A stretch of 64,000 nt of DNA from Acidobacteriota bacterium. Its GTDB lineage: Bacteria; Acidobacteriota; UBA6911. Below are positions 59,490-64,000 of this stretch, in pieces. The notes below the pieces were generated by a model. It did no database searches and had not been told where the DNA came from. It saw nothing but the letters and a program-made list of their open reading frames with translations. The translations under genes were made by a program, and so were the position numbers. Within the stretch, counting starts at the first letter, position 1; the number at the start of each line of letters is the position of its first letter. The DNA lies in the NCBI GenBank assembly GCA_037444305.1, contig JBBIMP010000029.1, forward strand, positions 2,758 through 66,757, written 5' to 3'.

Positions 59490-59740
59490 TTGCCGGTCAG
59501 AAGTTCACGGCGCCCGGAGCGACAGCGACGGGTTGCATTTCGGGAGCAAGCCATTTGACCGCTCACTGGCGTTCGCGGCTCCGTTTGCATCATTCCTTCA
59601 ACGCGGCTTTCCTCGGCGGCTCCGTGCTGCTGCTTCTGCCAATCATGCTTGCCGGCCGGGAGTCAACGGCGCCCGGAGCGACAGCGACGGGTTGCATTTC
59701 GGGAGCAAGCCATTTGACCGCTCACCGTGCGCCGTCAACA
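59490..59740 (+). repeat. Copy 6 of the modular interspersed repeat, present as about 1.6 tandem units (A-linker-B-C-A-linker-B').
   Basis: ttcacggcgcccggagcgacagcgacgggttgcatttcgggagcaagccatttgaccgctcac occurs twice, about 155 bp apart. Confidence 0.75.
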
Positions 59741-59788
59741 CAGCCTTCCTCTCCATGCCCAGATGACGAGGTAGCCTTGAATTGGAGG

Positions 59789-60148
59789 TCAGGGGCGGCG
59801 TCTTGCGGACCAGTGGCCGGAACCGGCGTCCCCGAAGCGCACCTTCCCTTTCATGGTCTCGCCTTCGACGGTACCCGTATAGACCACCGTAAACTGCGTG
59901 TTCTGGAAGCTGAGCGTCACGGAAAACTCTATCCTGTCGGCCTCCACGGTGCCGGAGAGGGGCACTTCCCCCATGCGCCCGGAATACCGGCCGGTGATCC
60001 TTCCTCCATCCTGTTTCAAATTCAGGACCGCCGACCCCGTCCCCTGCGTGGACTCCACGGTCAGATCCCAGGTGCCGGTGACATCGGTTTCGCCCGCGGG
60101 AAGAAAGCTCATCAAAAAAGCCGCAACGGCAAAGACGGCAGGATTCAT
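59789..60148 (-). CDS. Small secreted beta-rich protein, unknown function.
   Basis: Signal peptide MNPAVFAVAAFLMSFLPAG. 119 aa with Thr/Gly-rich beta strands. Confidence 0.45.
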   Translation of the reverse strand: MNPAVFAVAAFLMSFLPAGETDVTGTWDLTVESTQGTGSAVLNLKQDGGRITGRYSGRMGEVPLSGTVEADRIEFSVTLSFQNTQFTVVYTGTVEGETMKGKVRFGDAGSGHWSARRRP

Positions 60149-60163
60149 AGGGGGCTCCTGCTT

Positions 60164-60811
60164 TCAGATGGGCGGCTGGAAGCGGATGTGGTGAACCGTC
60201 GCGGGAGGGAGGTTCCGAAGCACCACATTCTGCTCGAAGCCGTATCTGTCGATGTATTCCCGCACGACCGAGGAGACACCCTCCACGCGGTCCCGTTCGC
60301 CCGCATCGCCCGCCATGAGGCGCACAGCCTTCCGGACCAGGATGTATTCGTAGAAGCTGCAGATCCCCCCGGGCTTGAGCACCGAGCGGTAGAGCTCGAA
60401 AATCCTCCGCACGCCTTCGGGGGTGAAGTTCGTGAACGGAAGGCAGGACAGCACGTAGTCGTATTCCGGGCCGGATTCGATTTCCTCGATCGGCCGGTGG
60501 TAGACGCGCACCGCAGCCCGCCGGCGGCCCTGGGTTCCGCCGTCGAAGCGTCGGCGGAGAAGGCCCGCAAGCTTTTCGTCGATTTCGTAGACGTCGATCC
60601 GGCCGCCCCGGGAAAGTCTCTCGCAGATGGACTCGGTGACGGCCCCCGTCCCGCCGCCGACTTCCAGCACGCGGCAGGACGCGGCGTCTCCGGAGTCGAT
60701 CTGCCTGGTCATGGACTGGGCCAGCGCCTTGGAGCTGGGCGCGACGGCGCCGGTGCGCTTGAAGTCGCGCGTGGCGGATTCCAGAAAGAGACGGCTGCTG
60801 TTTATGGGCAT
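60164..60811 (-). CDS. Class I SAM-dependent methyltransferase (RrnaAD/PmtA-like).
   Basis: VLEVGGGTGAVTESI motif I. 215 aa. Confidence 0.7.
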   Translation of the reverse strand: MPINSSRLFLESATRDFKRTGAVAPSSKALAQSMTRQIDSGDAASCRVLEVGGGTGAVTESICERLSRGGRIDVYEIDEKLAGLLRRRFDGGTQGRRRAAVRVYHRPIEEIESGPEYDYVLSCLPFTNFTPEGVRRIFELYRSVLKPGGICSFYEYILVRKAVRLMAGDAGERDRVEGVSSVVREYIDRYGFEQNVVLRNLPPATVHHIRFQPPI

Positions 60812-60906
60812 GCGTTCACTTATTTGACGTAGAACAGGTTATTGCGTGCCCGATTATATGAAAGCCTGTCTCTGACTACAAGCCTCCTCTCTGGGGTTGG
60901 CCGGAC

Positions 60907-60962
60907 AAAAGCGTTTCACGGAGGTTCACGGAGCAGCACGGAGGCCTCCGTGTAATGCTTTT
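60907..60962. repeat. CACGGAG-family palindromic element in the divergent region upstream of the F420 cluster.
   Basis: aaaagcgtttcacggaggttcacggagcagcacggagg-cctccgtgtaatgctttt. Confidence 0.5.
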
Positions 60963-60983
60963 ATTTATGCTACCCTGAAGCGC

Positions 60984-61640
60984 ATGAAAACAGGAATGCT
61001 TGGCGGAACCGGCCTCGAAGGCAAAGCCCTCGCCCTCCGCCTCGCCGCCGCCGGCATCCCCATCGTCATCGGCTCCCGCTCCGCCCAGCGGGCGGAAGCC
61101 GCCGCCGCCGAGTGCAACGCGCGCCTCGAGGGCTTCAGCGTGAGCGCTGCAACCAACGAACAGATGCTCTCCGACTGCGGAATCGTCTTCCTGACCCTGC
61201 CGTACGACCAGGCGTTGCCGGCGGTCGACGCGCACGCCGACCTGTTCCGGCCCGGCCAGATCCTCGTCGACGTCACGGTCCCGATGCGCTTCAGGGAAGG
61301 CCGCCCGGAGTTTCTGGAACCGCCCGAGGGATCCAGCGCGGAAGCCCTCGCGGCCGCCGTTCCCCCTGGCGTTCCCCTGGTCGGGGCCTTCAAGACAATC
61401 CCCGCACACCTTCTGGGAAACCTCGACAAGCCGATGGAATGCGACCTTTTCGTATGCGGCGATTCGGAGGAGGCCAAGGCCCGGGTCATGGATCTGGCGG
61501 GCAGGATCCCTTCGCTCCGGCCGCTGGATGCCGGCCCGCTGGCTTCGGCGCGCATCCTGGAGCGCATGACCCTGCTGGCCGTTCAACTGAACCGCCGCTA
61601 CAAGAGCAAGGGCGCACGCTTCCGGATCGTAGGCATATAG
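60984..61640 (+). CDS. F420-dependent NADP oxidoreductase family protein (Fno/NpdG-like).
   Basis: MKTGMLGGTGLEGKALALRLAAAGIPIVIGSR matches the F420_oxidored N-terminus. Confidence 0.65.
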   Translation: MKTGMLGGTGLEGKALALRLAAAGIPIVIGSRSAQRAEAAAAECNARLEGFSVSAATNEQMLSDCGIVFLTLPYDQALPAVDAHADLFRPGQILVDVTVPMRFREGRPEFLEPPEGSSAEALAAAVPPGVPLVGAFKTIPAHLLGNLDKPMECDLFVCGDSEEAKARVMDLAGRIPSLRPLDAGPLASARILERMTLLAVQLNRRYKSKGARFRIVGI

Positions 61641-61643
61641 CAG

Positions 61644-62579
61644 ATGAAGATCACGGCACTGGCCGGCGGCGTCGGCGCCGCCCGCTTCCTCTCCGGTTTC
61701 GTCGAAGCCTTTCCGGAAGCCGAACTCACCATCATCGTCAACACGGGCGACGACTTCGACTGGCTCGGACTGCGCATATGCCCCGACATCGACACCGTCA
61801 TCTACACGCTGGCCGGCATCGCCGACCCTGCGGCAGGATGGGGGATTCGCGGCGACACGTTTCACTGCCTCCGGATGCTGGAGACACTCGGGCATGACGC
61901 CTGGTTCCGCATGGGCGACCGCGACCTGGCCTCGTCGCTCGAGCGCACGAGCAGGCTCCGGCGGGGAGAGCGTCTGGCCGATATCACGCGCGACCTGGCC
62001 AGGGCCCACGGCGTGAAAGCCACGGTGCTGCCGGTGACCGACGACCCGGTTCCGACAATGGTACACACCACCGAGGGCACGCTCGCGTTTCAGGATTACT
62101 TCGTCCGCCGGAGGCACGAGCCGCGCGTCACGGGCATCACTTCCCTGAATGTCGAAAACGCCCGGCCGGCCCCCGGCGTGCTGGAAGCCCTGCAGGAGGC
62201 CTCCGGCATCGTCATCTGCCCCAGCAATCCCATCATCAGCATCGGTCCCATTCTGGCGGTTCCCGGAATCCGTGAGGCGCTTCGGTCCCGCACTTCTCCA
62301 GCGGCGGCTGTGAGCCCGATCATCGCCGGGGAGGCCGTGAAGGGACCTGCCGCCACCATGATGGCAGATTTGGGGATGGAGGCCTCCTCACTGGGTGTCG
62401 CGCGGATGTACTCGGGCCTGGTGGACGTGTTCGTCATGGACGCACGCGACGGGCCCCTGGCTGAGCGGGAGCCTCCGGCGGGCATGGTCTTCCGGACCGC
62501 ACAGACGTTGATGGATACGGTACAATCGAGGACGAGGCTCGCAAAACAGGTTGTCGAGATAATGTCATGGAGATCGTGA
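61644..62579 (+). CDS. cofD: 2-phospho-L-lactate transferase (F420 biosynthesis).
   Basis: MKITALAGGVGAARFLSG N-terminus and CofD/UPF0052 body. 311 aa. Confidence 0.8.
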   Translation: MKITALAGGVGAARFLSGFVEAFPEAELTIIVNTGDDFDWLGLRICPDIDTVIYTLAGIADPAAGWGIRGDTFHCLRMLETLGHDAWFRMGDRDLASSLERTSRLRRGERLADITRDLARAHGVKATVLPVTDDPVPTMVHTTEGTLAFQDYFVRRRHEPRVTGITSLNVENARPAPGVLEALQEASGIVICPSNPIISIGPILAVPGIREALRSRTSPAAAVSPIIAGEAVKGPAATMMADLGMEASSLGVARMYSGLVDVFVMDARDGPLAEREPPAGMVFRTAQTLMDTVQSRTRLAKQVVEIMSWRS

Positions 62580-63226
62580 TCCTGGTGCCGGTCAAGAACC
62601 GGTCGCTGGCAAAACTACGGCTCGCGTCGATACTGAGCGAGGCGGAGCGCCTGGTGCTCTCCCAGGCGATGTTCGCCGACACGGCGCACGCGCTCCAGCA
62701 CGCGAACGTGCCCGTCGCGGTCGTCACCAACTCCAAGCCCGCCGCCGGCCTGGCCCGCTCGTTCGGCTGGCAGGTGCTGTGGGAAGCCGAGCAGTCGAGC
62801 GAAAGCCAATCGGTCGACGAGGCCTCCCGGAAACTCATGGACGGCGGCGCCGAAGCCGTCCTTAGGGTTCCGGCCGACCTGCCCCTGCTCGATCCCTCGG
62901 ATATCAAGGAGCTCCTTGATTTCCCGCGGGCGAAAAACTCGGCCCTGATGGTCCCCTCCCGCAGTTTCGACGGCACCAACGCGCTGTTGCGCACCCCGCC
63001 CGATCTCTTCCCTTCCCGCTTCGGTCCCAACAGCTTCGCGCTCCATACAAAATCCGCGCTGGAAGCGGGGGCCGAACTGCGGATCGTGGGGAGCCGCCGC
63101 ATGTCGCTCGACATCGACGACGTGGCCGACCTGGCCTGCTTCATGCAGCAACCCTCGGACACCGAGACCTACAGATACCTTTTTGGCATTGGCCTCTACG
63201 AAAGGCTCTCCGGCCATGCCGGCTGA
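62567..63226 (+). CDS. cofC: 2-phospho-L-lactate guanylyltransferase (F420 biosynthesis).
   Basis: MEIVILVPVKNRSLAKLRL is the MobA-like NTP-transferase start typical of CofC. It overlaps the cofD end by 13 nt. Confidence 0.7.
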   Translation: MEIVILVPVKNRSLAKLRLASILSEAERLVLSQAMFADTAHALQHANVPVAVVTNSKPAAGLARSFGWQVLWEAEQSSESQSVDEASRKLMDGGAEAVLRVPADLPLLDPSDIKELLDFPRAKNSALMVPSRSFDGTNALLRTPPDLFPSRFGPNSFALHTKSALEAGAELRIVGSRRMSLDIDDVADLACFMQQPSDTETYRYLFGIGLYERLSGHAG

Positions 63227-63971
63227 GATCCGGATTCGAGGGCTGCAGGGCATCCCGGAAATCCGCCCCGGCGACGACCTTTGCCGCACAATCCTGGAGG
63301 CCACAGCCGGCCAGGGCCGCCCGGAGATCGAGCCTGGAGCGCTGTTCGTCGTCGCCCAGAAAATCGTCAGCAAGGCGGAAGGCCGCATCATCCGGCTCGA
63401 CGGGGTGGCGCCCTCGCCACAGGCCGAGGCCTGGGCCTCGGAGTGCGGGCGCGATGCGCGGCTGGTGGAGGTCATCCTGCGCGAGACCCGGCGCATCGTG
63501 CGCATGGACCGGGGCATCCTGATCGCGGAAACCCATCACGGATACGTCTGCGCCAACGCCGGCGTGGACGCATCCAACGCGCCGCCCGGCTGCGTCATTC
63601 TCCTGCCGCTCGATCCGGACGCCTCGGCCCGCCGGCTGAGGGATGGCCTGACGAAGGCACTGAGTCGCCCCGTCGGCGTGATCGTCTCCGACACCTTCGG
63701 ACGCCCGTGGCGGCAGGGTCTGACCAACATAGCGCTGGGACTGGCCGGCCTTTCCCCTTTCATCGACTACCGCGGGAAGGTAGACTGCTACGGACGCACG
63801 CTGCACACGACCCTCCTCGCCGCGGCCGACGAAATCGCCGCCGCGGCGGAACTCGTGATGGGAAAAACGCTGGGCATCCCGGTGGCTCTCGTCGAGGGTC
63901 TCGAATACTCACCGGCGGAAGGGAGCGGAATCGAGCTGCTCCGGCCTCCGGAGGAGGATCTCTTCCGCTGA
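63216..63971 (+). CDS. cofE: Coenzyme F420-0:L-glutamate ligase.
   Basis: LFVVAQKIVSKAEGR ... GYVCANAGVDASN ... CofE signature regions. Start at MPAEIRI, overlapping the cofC end. Confidence 0.75.
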   Translation: MPAEIRIRGLQGIPEIRPGDDLCRTILEATAGQGRPEIEPGALFVVAQKIVSKAEGRIIRLDGVAPSPQAEAWASECGRDARLVEVILRETRRIVRMDRGILIAETHHGYVCANAGVDASNAPPGCVILLPLDPDASARRLRDGLTKALSRPVGVIVSDTFGRPWRQGLTNIALGLAGLSPFIDYRGKVDCYGRTLHTTLLAAADEIAAAAELVMGKTLGIPVALVEGLEYSPAEGSGIELLRPPEEDLFR

Positions 63972-64000
63972 ACTGTCGAAAGGAGTGGTTCATGCCGGAG

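Noticed and set aside
59490-59740. Possible CRISPR array.
   Set aside because: The repeat unit is about 155 bp with no unique spacers of CRISPR size, and there are no cas genes. It is a tandem of the modular interspersed repeat.

Overview
This 64 kb window is high-GC (about 65%) and the gene content looks like a soil Acidobacteriota-type genome. It is mostly housekeeping and envelope genes, packed tightly on both strands.

**Coding content, left to right**
- Two prepilin-type (type IV pilin-like) genes flank a BON+LysM gene.
- A 1071-aa TonB-dependent receptor with an N-terminal CarboxypepD_reg domain.
- An orphan nuoL–nuoM pair.
- coaE, then an NAD-dependent epimerase.
- A YVTN beta-propeller protein.
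- A four-gene translationally coupled operon on the minus strand: CYTH protein, asnS, a GT-C membrane glycosyltransferase and a SAM methyltransferase.
- A P-loop-kinase/dCMP-deaminase fusion that sits divergent to an HD hydrolase.
- DUF1343 (NamZ-like) protein, an HNH endonuclease, and an MqnA/MqnD-family gene.
- dprA–topA.
- An M28 peptidase, a non-canonical EF-G paralog, lgt, and an RluA-family pseudouridine synthase.
- A VWA protein, a BlaI-family repressor, and a Tat-secreted DUF362 protein.
- A UGA-interrupted glutaredoxin-like gene that is not in the ORF track, followed by thiI and a macro-domain protein.
- An ArsR–TolC–MFP–CzcA heavy-metal efflux operon plus a DUF2892 gene.
- UbiD-family decarboxylase, a group II PLP decarboxylase, an S9 peptidase and qor.
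- A minus-strand cluster of ornithine aminotransferase, a PyrB-type transcarbamylase, carbamate kinase, ornithine carbamoyltransferase and a cPGS-like P-loop protein.
- mutS2.
- Two secreted hypothetical proteins and a methyltransferase.
- An F420 biosynthesis block (fno-like, cofD, cofC, cofE) that runs to the window edge; a new gene starts at 63992.

**Non-coding structure**
Three repeat families are the most striking unannotated features.
1. A roughly 155-bp modular element (modules A/B/C) with six copies, in both orientations and partly tandem. One copy abuts a truncated inositol-monophosphatase gene remnant.
2. Palindromes built from CACGGAT/CACGAAT units. They lie at gene 3' ends, often followed by a T-run, so they look like terminators.
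3. Palindromes built from CACGGAG units. These lie mostly in divergent promoter regions.

**Candidates worth a second look**
- A selenocysteine-type glutaredoxin: an in-frame UGA sits at the CPYC cysteine position.
- An AvcD-like P-loop/deoxycytidylate-deaminase gene whose upstream region carries a large nested hairpin.
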